Shown piece after piece: positions 31,131 through 40,417 of a DNA stretch of 64,000 nt (positions within the stretch are counted from its first letter, which is position 1; each line of letters opens with the position of its first letter). The notes beneath the pieces were generated by a model. It ran no database searches. It was not told the origin of the DNA and saw nothing but the letters and a program-made list of their open reading frames with translations. This DNA comes from Acidobacteriota bacterium (GTDB lineage Bacteria; Acidobacteriota; UBA6911), in NCBI GenBank assembly GCA_012719355.1, contig JAAYAM010000018.1:35758-99757 (forward strand). The letters are read 5' to 3'. The position numbers and the translations under genes are program-made.

Positions 31131-31895
31131 ATGAGCGATCATGGCAACATCAGCAGAGTTGCACAACTCATCGAAGAATCATCGAATACCATCGCTTTTA
31201 CCGGCGCCGGAATCAGCACCGAAAGCGGCATTGCGGATTTTCGCAGCCCGGGAGGCGTCTGGACCAGGTACCGGCCCGTGCTTTATCCTGATTTCCTGGC
31301 GAACGAAGATGCGCGCCGCCGCTACTGGCAGATGAAGAAGGAAGGCTATTACGAACTGAAACGGGCCGAACCCAACGCAGGTCACCAGGCTCTCGCCCGG
31401 CTCGAAAAGGCCGGAAAACTCCTGGCGGTCATCACACAGAATATCGACGGATTGCATCAGGATGCCGGAAGCCGGAAAGTCCTTGAACTGCACGGCACAA
31501 GCCGCTTCTGCATCTGTCTTGACTGCGATGCCCGATTCTCCTCCGACGAAATCCAGCAACGGCTGGAATCAGGAACGGAAATACCGCTGTGCGAGCATTG
31601 CGGCGGACTGGTAAAGTCTGCGACGGTTTCTTTCGGCCAGGCCCTGCCGGTGGACGTTCTGACTGAAGCGGTCAATCTCTCGTTGGCCGCCGAACTGTTC
31701 CTTGCCATCGGGTCCTCGCTGGTCGTCGAACCTGCCGCGTCGTTGCCATTGCACGCGAAGAACAACGGTGCACGGCTCGTAATAATCAACCGCACCCAGA
31801 CCCCGCTGGATCATCTCGCGGATATCGTGATCCGCGACCCGATCGGCGCAACACTGTCCCAGGCTATCGGGATGTTTGAAGCCGGTACCTCATGA
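31131..31895 (+). CDS. cobB: NAD-dependent protein deacylase, SIR2 family
   Basis: FTGAGISTESGIADFRSPGGVW, QNIDGLH and the Zn-ribbon cysteines CLDC...CEHCGG are present. Confidence 0.9.
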   Translation: MSDHGNISRVAQLIEESSNTIAFTGAGISTESGIADFRSPGGVWTRYRPVLYPDFLANEDARRRYWQMKKEGYYELKRAEPNAGHQALARLEKAGKLLAVITQNIDGLHQDAGSRKVLELHGTSRFCICLDCDARFSSDEIQQRLESGTEIPLCEHCGGLVKSATVSFGQALPVDVLTEAVNLSLAAELFLAIGSSLVVEPAASLPLHAKNNGARLVIINRTQTPLDHLADIVIRDPIGATLSQAIGMFEAGTS

Positions 31896-32482
31896 ATAAC
31901 CTTCTCCTGGAACGGCATCGCCGACTGGTGCAGCTTCTCGACCAACGGCTGCGGACCATCCGGAGCAGGCATGCCGCACACCTGCGCTGCGCACCCGGAT
32001 GCGCAGGCTGCTGTCATGGCCTTTTTGATGTATCGCTGTCGGATGCGGCCATGGTCCGCGAAGGACTGTCGGAACTGCCGGCTGAAACACGTGCGGCAGT
32101 TCTCGAAAGAGCGCTCCCGATCCAGCGCAGCCTGGAGGCGGCGTTTCCCGAACTTGACCCTCCATATCTTCTGGCAGGCATCTCGGAAGACAGAGTGGAC
32201 CAGTTCATCGATCAGGTGGGAAAAGCGCGTTGTCCTTTTCTTGACGGGAAAGACTCGTGCCTGATCTACCAATACAGGCCTCTCGCATGCCGCCTTGAAG
32301 GGATTCCGATGGTGGATGCGAAAGACGGCCTTTTCGCAGACTGGTGCGAGTTGAACTATAAAGGCGGCCTTACTGCTCAGTTGATCGATGATCTGCGTCT
32401 CGACTACTACGAAATCGAGGAAATCGAAGGAGGCCCCACAGTATTCATACCCTCTGTCATAGTCTGCCCAGCATTTCCGTGA
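31892..32482 (+). CDS. YkgJ-family cysteine-cluster (zinc/iron-chelating) protein
   Basis: CAPGCAGCCHG and CPFLDGKDSCLIYQYRPLACR are the UPF0153/YkgJ signature. Its ATG overlaps the cobB stop (ATGA). Confidence 0.8.
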   Translation: MNNLLLERHRRLVQLLDQRLRTIRSRHAAHLRCAPGCAGCCHGLFDVSLSDAAMVREGLSELPAETRAAVLERALPIQRSLEAAFPELDPPYLLAGISEDRVDQFIDQVGKARCPFLDGKDSCLIYQYRPLACRLEGIPMVDAKDGLFADWCELNYKGGLTAQLIDDLRLDYYEIEEIEGGPTVFIPSVIVCPAFP

Positions 32483-33296
32483 GCACTTCCTCGGGAGTCC
32501 ACTTGTTGCCGGGATAGAGACGCATGATCCTGCCTTCCGGACTGATATAGGCCGTCATCAGCGAATGTATGATCTGGTCCGATTCGCGCCAGTAACTGAG
32601 CCCGAAGTAGGTCGCGATTTCTTTTATTTCTTCCGGCGAACCCGTCACAAACTCCCAATCCTCGAAACGAACGGGATTCATGTAGCGTGCGGCGTATTCC
32701 CGCAGGACAGGAGGTCTGTCGTGTTCCGGATCAATCGTGATTGTCAGCAGGCGGGGCCGTTCACGCTCCGGTCTCGACTGCAGTTCACGATAAATCTTCG
32801 AGAAATTGCTGCTCGTCAATGGGCAATAATCCGGAAGGGGGCAACGGGTGTAGATGAAGGTAAGAAGTAAGGGCCGCTTGCGGTATGCTTTCAGACTCAC
32901 CTTCCGGTCATCCTGGTTTATCAAAGTGAAATCGGGAACCTCGTGGCCGATTTTGGGCACTGAACCCGTGACAGGCTCCTCGCGCTCATCCTGCTTGCTT
33001 ATCACGAGTCCTTCTATCCACGAACGGTCCTGCAGCACCACAAGCGTGGCTTCGACGTGCTGACCCGGAGCCAATACCGACATCGCCCATTCGTCCCGCA
33101 CGTTGAAGGGCATCGTCATCGCATCCATATACCCTTTGATTGCCTCGTGCGCCATCGTAACGGTACCGTGATCCCTGTCTACTGAAACTACTTTTCCTTT
33201 CACCTCGAAACGGCGCTCCGGCGCTTTCCGGCAACCTGCAGCCGCAACAACAAGGGATAGAGCTGCAATCAGAAGAATAGGACAGTAGTCTCGCAT
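32457..33296 (-). CDS. SCO/SenC-family copper chaperone lipoprotein with an N-terminal Met/His-rich copper-binding-like domain
   Basis: Lipobox LVVAAAGC. The N-terminal segment is GKVVSVDRDHGTVTMAHEAIKGYMDAMTMPF. A thioredoxin-fold SCO motif TFIYTRCPLPDYCP follows, with TIDPEHD later. Confidence 0.8.
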   Translation of the reverse strand: MRDYCPILLIAALSLVVAAAGCRKAPERRFEVKGKVVSVDRDHGTVTMAHEAIKGYMDAMTMPFNVRDEWAMSVLAPGQHVEATLVVLQDRSWIEGLVISKQDEREEPVTGSVPKIGHEVPDFTLINQDDRKVSLKAYRKRPLLLTFIYTRCPLPDYCPLTSSNFSKIYRELQSRPERERPRLLTITIDPEHDRPPVLREYAARYMNPVRFEDWEFVTGSPEEIKEIATYFGLSYWRESDQIIHSLMTAYISPEGRIMRLYPGNKWTPEEVLTEMLGRL

Positions 33297-33315
33297 GTGA
33301 ATACTCCGCGGTTGT

Positions 33316-35823
33316 TTAATGCGAAGCCTGATGAGCGGCGCCCCGTATTGCCTTTACGACTTCACCGGACTCAGCGCTTTTTGAAATGTATGAGACCGCG
33401 CCCGCAGCCCTCATCTGGGCCGCCCTCTCAGCCTCATCAAACATCGAAAGCCCTACCACTTTGACTTCGGGAAGCTCAGAACTGAGCATACGGGTCGCTT
33501 CGATGCCGTTCATGTTGGGCATGCTCACATCCATCAGGACGACATCCGGAAGGAGCTCCCGCGCAAGTGTGAGAGCCTGTTCGCCGTCTGACGCTTCGCT
33601 GATGACTTCTATATCGGGTTCGTTGCGCAGCAGGTGGGTCAAACCGTGCCTGACAACTGCATGATCGTCGGCAAGGAGTACCCGTATCTTCCGCCCGCCG
33701 TTGCGCTGATCGGCCTCCGTGGGAATCTCTGAGGCCGGCCTGTGAATGGGCACCTGCAGGACAAAGCGGCTTCCGTTTCCCGGACGGCTGTCGATAGAAA
33801 ACGACCCGCCGAAAGATTCAATACGCTCCCGTACGCCAAACAGACCGTGGCCCCCGGAAAGTCCCCTGGTTGTCAGCTGCGAAGGATCGAAGCCCTTCCC
33901 TCCGTCTTTGACCGCAACCTCGAGCGCACCACAGTGATCACTGATGTGAACCTGCACGAGCGGTGCACCGGAATGTTTGACTGCATTCAGCAGAAGTTCA
34001 CGAACGGACTCGAAGAGAAGGATCCGGACATCGTCGGGCTCATCCTCGTTCCGGTACTGGTCGGATATAACCTGCACATTTAAGCCGTGTTTCTGGTGCG
34101 TCCAGCGTGCCAGCCACTGAAGCGCCGGAACAAGTCCCCTCTCGTATAGGATAGGCGGACTCAATTCGCTGGTAAGGGTACGGGAGATCTCGACCGACTG
34201 GCCAAGCAGATCATTGACCGTTCTGACCACCCCCTGAACTGTGCCGCTGTTGAATCGCTGCAGGGGAGAAAGCTGAAACCTGGCTCCGACCAGAAGCTGC
34301 TGGAGTTCGTCATGCAGTATCTTGGCCATGCGCCTGCGTTCGCGCTGTTCCGCCATCGTGAGTTCGGAAGCAAGTTCGCGCAGCTTGTGTGATCTCTCCA
34401 GCAGGGCCTGTTCGGCAAGTATCCGCCCCTCCACCTCCATCTGAAGCGAATCGATGGCCCGGGACAGATCGGCGGTACGTTCGAGCACTCGCTGTTCCAG
34501 TTCCTGCTTGGCTTTCTCGAGCGCTTCCTCGGCACGTTTCCGCTTGAGCGCCAGCCCGGCCTGGTTGACAAGCGCTTCAATCATCCTGCGATTCTTCAGA
34601 CCTTCCGATCTGTCGGTCAGGACGGCAGTCATTCCGAGAAAATCCTGATCCAGCACGAAAGGCATCGCAAAGGCGCTTCCCAGCGACAGCTCCTCTTCGA
34701 GTTTACGGCACAGGGTTTGCGACAGCTGGCCGAAGGCAAGGCCGTGCAATCCACCCTCGACCGGCGCAAGCTGCCCCCTGATCAGGAGGTCTCTCGTTTC
34801 TTCGACGAAATCGAATGAAAGCCCCACCGGGTCGCGGCTGAGGATTTCGGTCATGCATCGCAGTTTTTCCCTGGGACCGGTAACGGCCTGAACGACGAGG
34901 GTGTTCTCGACGGCCACGTATTCGCTTACCGCGACGATCGCGGCGCCTGCGATTCTCTCCAGCTGTTCAGCAGTAAAGCGGAGAAGATCGTGGAAAGGCA
35001 TCGGTTGCAGAAGCCGTGTAGCCGTGCCCGAGAGTTGCTCCAGGCTCCTCATATGTTCCGCCAGCAGCCGTTCGGCACGCCGCCTTTCGGTAATGTCGAT
35101 TCCCGCACTGATCAGGCCGGTTGCCGCACCGTTGCCGTTCTTCAGCACGGAATTGGCCCAGGCAATGAGTCTCTGCTCACCATGCCTGGTCACCCAGTAC
35201 ATTTCATAGGAGGCGTTTGAGAGAAATTCCGAGTAGTTCTGCTTCACAGACTCGGCATCCTGAGGCAACAGGAGAAACTCCCAGGGCCTTCTTCCAACGA
35301 CCTCTCCAAAGCTATACCCGGTAGTCTGCTGACAGGCCCGGTTGAAACGGATGATCCTTCCGTCGGCGTCCAGCACAACTACAAGCGAACCGGCGGTGTC
35401 GAGGACCGTTGACACGAAGTCTCTCTCGGTTCGCAGGACTTCCTGCGCCTGTTTGCGGTCAATGGCATACCGGATTGTCCTCAGAATGACACGTTCATCA
35501 TTCTGTCCCTTGACGAGATAGTCCTGTGCACCGAGAGAGACAGCCTTCATGGCGGCTTCTTCATCTTCCATTCCGGTAAGGACGATTATCGGGATGTCAT
35601 GCAGGGTTTGCGCCGCCCGCGAGATCGTTGCAAGTCCAAGGGAGTCAGTGAGATTGAGGTCGAGCAGTGCCGCATCGAAAGAATCGTTGGAAGCAACGTC
35701 CGCCGCTTCAGCAAGCGAGGACGCCCAGACTATCCGGACGTCATGAAACGCGAGCACCTCCTGCAGCAGCGTCGCGTCCGCGGGATTGTCTTCGATCAGA
35801 AGAATCTTCAGTGCTCTCGACAC
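33316..35823 (-). CDS. Hybrid sensor kinase/response regulator (REC, PAS, GAF-like, HisKA_3, HATPase, REC)
   Basis: N-terminal REC is ILLIEDNPADATLL...AALLDLNLTDSLG. The PAS region is SLVVVLDADGRIIRFNRACQQTTGYSFGEVVGR. The H-box is ERRRMAKILHDELQQLLVGARF. HATPase motifs are LLLNAVKHS, DGGKGFD and GHGLFGVRERI. The C-terminal REC is VLLADDHAVVRHG...DVVLMDVSMPNMNG. Confidence 0.9.
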   Translation of the reverse strand: MSRALKILLIEDNPADATLLQEVLAFHDVRIVWASSLAEAADVASNDSFDAALLDLNLTDSLGLATISRAAQTLHDIPIIVLTGMEDEEAAMKAVSLGAQDYLVKGQNDERVILRTIRYAIDRKQAQEVLRTERDFVSTVLDTAGSLVVVLDADGRIIRFNRACQQTTGYSFGEVVGRRPWEFLLLPQDAESVKQNYSEFLSNASYEMYWVTRHGEQRLIAWANSVLKNGNGAATGLISAGIDITERRRAERLLAEHMRSLEQLSGTATRLLQPMPFHDLLRFTAEQLERIAGAAIVAVSEYVAVENTLVVQAVTGPREKLRCMTEILSRDPVGLSFDFVEETRDLLIRGQLAPVEGGLHGLAFGQLSQTLCRKLEEELSLGSAFAMPFVLDQDFLGMTAVLTDRSEGLKNRRMIEALVNQAGLALKRKRAEEALEKAKQELEQRVLERTADLSRAIDSLQMEVEGRILAEQALLERSHKLRELASELTMAEQRERRRMAKILHDELQQLLVGARFQLSPLQRFNSGTVQGVVRTVNDLLGQSVEISRTLTSELSPPILYERGLVPALQWLARWTHQKHGLNVQVISDQYRNEDEPDDVRILLFESVRELLLNAVKHSGAPLVQVHISDHCGALEVAVKDGGKGFDPSQLTTRGLSGGHGLFGVRERIESFGGSFSIDSRPGNGSRFVLQVPIHRPASEIPTEADQRNGGRKIRVLLADDHAVVRHGLTHLLRNEPDIEVISEASDGEQALTLARELLPDVVLMDVSMPNMNGIEATRMLSSELPEVKVVGLSMFDEAERAAQMRAAGAVSYISKSAESGEVVKAIRGAAHQASH

Positions 35824-35969
35824 ATTTTCACTCTATTCGAGTGGATCATGTCAGCTAACTGATGCGTCGTCAAGGACTGCGGACAATTTTGATCGAATCT
35901 GACTTAATTGCGGAGCGAGGTGGAATCCGGTTCGGTCTTCCACAACCGAACCGGATTATATGTGATTTC

Positions 35970-36608
35970 CTACAGGGCCCGGAGTCTCCTCAACACTTCG
36001 GAAGCGGCAACGAACCCAAGTCCCAGCAGTCCGACGAGCGGCAGATTGCTGGCAGTTCGGGGCAGTTCTTCGACCGGGGCAGGTGGAGGTGGTGGAGGCT
36101 CAGCCTGCGCAATTTCCGGTTCCGGGGCAGGAGGAGGTGGCGGAGGTGGAGGTTCGACGGCCGGAGGAGGTGGCGCTTGCGCTACAGCAGGAGGCGCCGG
36201 CGGAGGCGGAGGAGCCGCCACTACCTGTGCCGGTTCCGGCTGCGTGAACTGCAGACCAAGCATTTCTCCCGGGTAATGCCAGTTCTTTATCGCCGGCGGA
36301 GTCACTGCCGGAGTCTCCCAGAAATCCAGCTGACTCTCGTTTGCCGGCTCCAGCTGGTAATGCGGCATTCCCACAACGGTGGCAATCACCTCTGTTTCAT
36401 CCTCGTTCATGATGCGGACAATGTGGCGATCGGCCATCGAATTAAACAATTTGAAAACATACGTCCCCGGTTGCAGCGTCACCCCTTCTATCTGCATCGG
36501 CTCCGTAAGTTTCATTATTGTTTTCTTGTTCCACTCGTTGCCGAATGATGCAATGGCGAGAGTAAGTACTACTACCCACGCAATTGAAAGTAGTTTGAGA
36601 ATTCTCAT
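35970..36608 (-). CDS. Secreted proline-rich protein with a C-terminal sorting-signal-like tail
   Basis: Signal peptide MRILKLLSIAWVVVLTLAIASFG. About 100 aa of globular domain are followed by a poly-Pro linker (PPPPPAPPAVAQAPPPPAVEPPPPPPPPAPEPE...). The tail is ELPRTASNLPLVGLLGLGFVAASEVLRRLRAL. GGAGG lies before the ATG. Confidence 0.65.
   Translation of the reverse strand: MRILKLLSIAWVVVLTLAIASFGNEWNKKTIMKLTEPMQIEGVTLQPGTYVFKLFNSMADRHIVRIMNEDETEVIATVVGMPHYQLEPANESQLDFWETPAVTPPAIKNWHYPGEMLGLQFTQPEPAQVVAAPPPPPAPPAVAQAPPPPAVEPPPPPPPPAPEPEIAQAEPPPPPPAPVEELPRTASNLPLVGLLGLGFVAASEVLRRLRAL
36075..36240 (-). repeat. Low-complexity GGAGG/GGTGG-rich DNA encoding the poly-proline linker
   Basis: GGAGGTGG, GGCGGAGG and GGAGGAGG units recur on the plus strand, which reads as CCN codons on the coding strand. 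Confidence 0.6.
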
Positions 36609-36829
36609 CTTGCCTCCTAACTAATTGCTAAATAGCTAGCAATAGCCATGCCAGTTCCCACATCCACGGCCGGTGTCCCCCGGCGGACCGCTTCTCTACT
36701 GACCGGCAAAGCCAAGGATCTGTACAGAATTCAGCCGGGAGGAACCCGCGGTGAGCCGGCAAGTCCACGGCTCCGGAAGACTCGTTTCAGAGGTAGAAAG
36801 GACGAGGAATATTTCCCTCGCAAACCGTA

Positions 36830-37678
36830 TCAGCGCAGCCATGCCGGCGACAGGTTGTACGCGGCGGCAAGCCTGATAAGATCATTTCTCACCCTGATCC
36901 AGCTTTCCTGGGCAGATGCCGGCAGGGGATGCGTTCTCATGAAACTGTCGATCGGTTCCGCTGTGCGGAAAACCTCACCCACGGTTTCGCTTGTGATATT
37001 CGCCGTGTTCAGCCTCGCTACCGAAACCCTGAATTCGTTGATGTACTGACTTACAATTCTCGATGTGCCGGCATCCATCGCAGCGGAGCTGCTCAAAGCA
37101 GTCGCCATGCTGGTCTGAAAGGCATCGGTGCTTAGATGCAGATCCTGGGTCAAGTTCTTCAGATTTTGGGTTCCCTGCCGTTCCGGAACGATCACCACAA
37201 CGGTGTTCTCCGGGGGCCGTATTTCGGCGCGGGCGAGAGCGGTTGGCCAGTACTGAGTCAGGTTGTATGCGATTGCCAGCCTGTCTAGGTCAGGACGCAT
37301 CGCTCCCCACTGGCTCTGTACCCGTGGAGAGACTCCGTGCTGCGCCACAAACCGGTCGATCTCGGCAGCCTGTTTCAATAACTCAGTTGCATCGGAGATA
37401 GCAGGGTTGTCTTTGCTGTGCCTGTTGTCCAGTACTTCGGCAGTATCTTCAAAGCGTTCGACCATCCTTTCAGCACGGTCTCGGACGTCTGAGTCCACCG
37501 CAGTGTCGTCGACGTCATCCTTGAACATGTGTTGGAACAGTTCGCTCCGCTCCCTGATACGCTCAATCGCGTCCTCCGTGTCCGAATAGCTGATCTGCTG
37601 AACTGCTTCGGTGTTTCCGGCCGGCGCAAGGACAAACAGAACCAGCAGAACTCCCGGCGCAAACATACGATGGCGCAT
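36830..37678 (-). CDS. Secreted hypothetical protein with an internal tandem duplication
   Basis: Signal peptide MRHRMFAPGVLLVLFVLAPAGNTEA. The two halves end in similar blocks: IDRFVAQHGVSPRVQSQWGAMRPDLDRLAIAYNL and IDSFMRTHPLPASAQESWIRVRNDLIRLAAAYNL. I trimmed the track ORF (37825) to the ATG at 37678. Confidence 0.55.
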   Translation of the reverse strand: MRHRMFAPGVLLVLFVLAPAGNTEAVQQISYSDTEDAIERIRERSELFQHMFKDDVDDTAVDSDVRDRAERMVERFEDTAEVLDNRHSKDNPAISDATELLKQAAEIDRFVAQHGVSPRVQSQWGAMRPDLDRLAIAYNLTQYWPTALARAEIRPPENTVVVIVPERQGTQNLKNLTQDLHLSTDAFQTSMATALSSSAAMDAGTSRIVSQYINEFRVSVARLNTANITSETVGEVFRTAEPIDSFMRTHPLPASAQESWIRVRNDLIRLAAAYNLSPAWLR

Positions 37679-37966
37679 TCGTGTCACCTCTTCTGACTCC
37701 CTGCGCCGCCCTTGGGGGGAAACCAGACAGCTCAGTTCTCTGCAATTATGCAAAGCAAATGGTATTCCGGACGCGTTCCGACACTTGCGCCTGCCACTGC
37801 GAGGACACGCCATCCAGCAGGGCATTTTTCCCGGGCAAAAAACCTTTTTCTACAATGAGAGGCAAAAATACAGTTTATTAGTATTTTGAAAATGGTTTTC
37901 TTATTGCATACTTCTACTATCAAACACCTTTTCACAGCTGAAAAGGGAAGAAAACAGGAGCGCAAT

Positions 37967-38512
37967 GTGAAAACAACGACTTATATATTTGCGGCGGTTC
38001 TGGGGTTGCTGAGCCTGAGTTGCTCTCAGAACTATGATTCTGTCCGGGCCAACAGGTCAGGGGCGGAGCTGGAGCTCAACCACCCTACAGCATGGGGGAT
38101 GATTGGTGACAGAACTGAGGATGGTCAGGTCGCTCTGCGACGCCTGGAATCGATTACGTGGGATTCCGTAAAACACGAACTCACATGGGATGTCTCAAGG
38201 GGAGAGAAGAAGGGAGAGACGTATCAGCCTACAGGAACCGACAGATACGAGATTAAAATGGACTCTGCGACCATGACGGTCAACGGCGAAAGCCGGCGCT
38301 TCAGTGAAGAAGAAGCGCAGAACGTGAGGACATTGATGGATTTCATTTCCAGATATGCCCTCGAGTCGACAGTATGGTGGGAAAACGGCGAGGGCGAGCC
38401 GGTTGATGGCTCCGGAACACCAAAGCCGGGGAAACAGCAGGAACGCAATAATTACCGCAATAATGGCGAGGTTAAGGGCAAGAATATCCACGTTATATCG
38501 CTCAGAGAATAA
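37967..38512 (+). CDS. Hypothetical lipoprotein
   Basis: The GTG at 37967 is preceded by AGGAG (37956-37960). Lipobox AAVLGLLSLSCSQ. The upstream part of the track ORF (from 37886) is AT-rich and looks non-coding. Confidence 0.5.
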   Translation: MKTTTYIFAAVLGLLSLSCSQNYDSVRANRSGAELELNHPTAWGMIGDRTEDGQVALRRLESITWDSVKHELTWDVSRGEKKGETYQPTGTDRYEIKMDSATMTVNGESRRFSEEEAQNVRTLMDFISRYALESTVWWENGEGEPVDGSGTPKPGKQQERNNYRNNGEVKGKNIHVISLRE

Positions 38513-38550
38513 GAGAGCGACACCACCCCCCGTCGCCCTCCCCGGTTCTT

Positions 38551-39702
38551 CTACAAACGGCGACTGTGGCCGTACCCTTCCATATCGAGCTTAGCGGAAA
38601 GAAACCCAAGCAGGTCTTTGACTGATATGATTCCGAGAAGCCTGTCCTGCTCGACCACCATGAGCCGGCTCTGTCCGGACTTCGTCATCTTGGAAAGCGC
38701 CTGTTGTGCATCGATCTCGGAAGATACGGTGTTTTCACCCGTGCAGGGGCGCAGGATTTCCCGAACGGTTGTGCTGGCCCATTCCTGCCGCGGAAGACTC
38801 TTGACCTCTTCCGTGGTGACACATCCGACCAGGCTGCTCGTGTCCGATACAACAGGAAACATCTTGTGGTGGTGCCGGTAGATGTAGTCCTCCACCAAAT
38901 CTATAACGGGAAGGTCAGGCGTGACGGTGACGGGGTCCGACTTCATAAAGCGCTGGATAGCCTCACCCGTCAGCACTGTTTTCATCAGGACCTGCTGGTA
39001 AGACGCCTGAGAGGCGCCGCGCAGGAACATTCCGATCAGAAACCACCAGACGGCTCCGATCAGATCCGCCATGAAGAGCCTGACGATTCCCAGCATGATC
39101 AGGATGATTCCAAATCCTGATCCGATTTTCGACGCGATTCTCGTAGCCCTCGGTAGATCACCCTTCCAGTTCCAGAGCGCGGAACGGAGGACCCGTCCTC
39201 CATCGAGCGGAAAAGCGGGCAGCATGTTGAAAACCGCAAGAACCCAGTTGATGAAGAACAGGTATCCCATGATTCCCTGCACCTGCACCGGCCAGCCGAG
39301 TGCACTACCGACGAGATAGAGCAGGTAAAAGAGCAGGCCTATGAGAACGCTGGCAACGGGGCCGGCAATCGCCATCATGAACTCCGCCCTGGCGCTCGGC
39401 GGTTCGTCCTCCATTTCGGCGACTCCTCCGAAGACGAAGAGGGTAATTCCCTTCATGGGCAAACCGAAGCGCCGGGCCACAAGGGAGTGAAAGAGTTCGT
39501 GGACAATGACGGAGGCGAACAGCGCCAGGGCTCCTATGATTCCCATGATCCAGTAGTCTGGGGCCGGAAGCCCGGGATATCTTCTTTGAAACACTCCCGC
39601 CGCGAGGGTCCAGACAAGCAGGACGAGGATGATGAACCAGCTGGCATCCAGCCGGATTGCAAATCCAAACAATCTGAACAGAGTAATGCGTTTTCCGAAC
39701 AT
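38551..39702 (-). CDS. Site-2 protease (peptidase M50) with C-terminal CBS pair
   Basis: The HExxH motif sits in a TM helix (VIVHELFHSLVARRFG). NMLPAFPLDGGR is the second M50 motif. The C-terminal CBS-like repeats are VTVTPDLPVIDLV... and RLMVVEQDRLLGIISVKDLL. I prefer the start at MFGKRITLF (39702). Confidence 0.85.
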   Translation of the reverse strand: MFGKRITLFRLFGFAIRLDASWFIILVLLVWTLAAGVFQRRYPGLPAPDYWIMGIIGALALFASVIVHELFHSLVARRFGLPMKGITLFVFGGVAEMEDEPPSARAEFMMAIAGPVASVLIGLLFYLLYLVGSALGWPVQVQGIMGYLFFINWVLAVFNMLPAFPLDGGRVLRSALWNWKGDLPRATRIASKIGSGFGIILIMLGIVRLFMADLIGAVWWFLIGMFLRGASQASYQQVLMKTVLTGEAIQRFMKSDPVTVTPDLPVIDLVEDYIYRHHHKMFPVVSDTSSLVGCVTTEEVKSLPRQEWASTTVREILRPCTGENTVSSEIDAQQALSKMTKSGQSRLMVVEQDRLLGIISVKDLLGFLSAKLDMEGYGHSRRL

Positions 39703-39780
39703 CTGATCTTCCGTGCACAGGGGAAATGCCTGGAGGGGGCTCAAGCCTAAAGCAATGATAGAGACGGGTTCACAACGGCG

Positions 39781-40263
39781 TCAATACGAATCGGGAGGGA
39801 ATGTCCTGCCTGCAAGGCACTCCCAGTCGCTGGGCAGGCTCGCCACCTCGAGCCAGAAATGCTCAATCAGGCGCACCACCCGGACGAACTGCTCGAACTC
39901 GACGGGTTTGGATATGTAGCAGTTGGCCTGAAGCTGATAGGCGCGGGCTATGTCCTGATCGGACCTCGAAGTCGTCAGCACCACAACAGGAATCGTCCTC
40001 AGCTCCGGGTCTTTTTTCAGTTCCGCGAGCACTTCCCTGCCATCCTTCTGCGGCAGGTTCAAATCGAGCAGAATCAGATCCGGCCTTGGCGCCTGCGAAT
40101 ACGGCTGCCTGCGACCCAGAAAACTGAGCGCCTCGACCCCGTCTTCCACATGACTCAAATGGCTCTCGACACTCCCTTCGCGAAAAGCTTCCATCGTCAG
40201 TTCCGTGTCACTCGGACTGTCCTCCACGAGGAGTATCTCGATCGGCCGGTTTTTCATGATCAT
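39781..40263 (-). CDS. Single-domain (CheY/Rcp1-like) response regulator
   Basis: IEILLVEDSPSDTELT...PDLILLDLNLPQKDGREVL...PVVVLTTS...NCYISKP. Confidence 0.9.
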   Translation of the reverse strand: MIMKNRPIEILLVEDSPSDTELTMEAFREGSVESHLSHVEDGVEALSFLGRRQPYSQAPRPDLILLDLNLPQKDGREVLAELKKDPELRTIPVVVLTTSRSDQDIARAYQLQANCYISKPVEFEQFVRVVRLIEHFWLEVASLPSDWECLAGRTFPPDSY

Positions 40264-40417
40264 AACCTAAATTTGAAGATAACCCGAAAGCGGTGAAATT
40301 TGAATAGGAGGAGTGATTTCAAAAAACTTCTGGCCCAATCGTTTCGTATGGGGTATTGATGTATATTCGTTCAGCTGCCCACGGCACGGTCAAAGAAGGC
40401 AAAAAAGGAAGGAAGTC

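Noticed and set aside
31037-31132. The Lhr track ORF starts at 31132, sharing a CATG with the divergent cobB ATG (31131) and leaving no promoter space.
   Set aside because: The extra 32 residues (MTELYHELSVVGGPAFGFGFLSLPVSWSIFRS) are not helicase-like. The ATG at 31036 gives the typical Lhr N-terminus (MSPLSLFHPIVAEWFERRF) and a 94-bp divergent control region.
26819-31895. The large helicase head-to-head with a SIR2-domain protein as a possible SIR2-based anti-phage defence system.
   Set aside because: The SIR2 protein is a compact 254-aa classical sirtuin with the Zn-ribbon cysteines and GAGIS/QNIDGLH motifs, and it has no effector or sensor fusion. The helicase has the standard Lhr layout. 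A Pat-type acetyltransferase elsewhere in the window fits housekeeping CobB. No other defence-type genes flank the pair.
35862-36548. Gly/Arg-rich plus-strand ORFs (35862..36548 and 35908..36276) containing GGGGGG runs.
   Set aside because: They are the reverse-complement reading of the poly-proline tract of the minus-strand secreted protein. That minus-strand gene has a signal peptide, an RBS and a structured N-terminal domain.
39745-39783. In-frame TGA between the response-regulator ORF (39781..40263) and the M50 protease track ORF (to 39744).
   Set aside because: There is no SECIS-like hairpin and no Cys/Sec-type motif. The receiver domain is complete before the stop. The protease has its own plausible ATG at 39702. 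The shared frame is coincidental.
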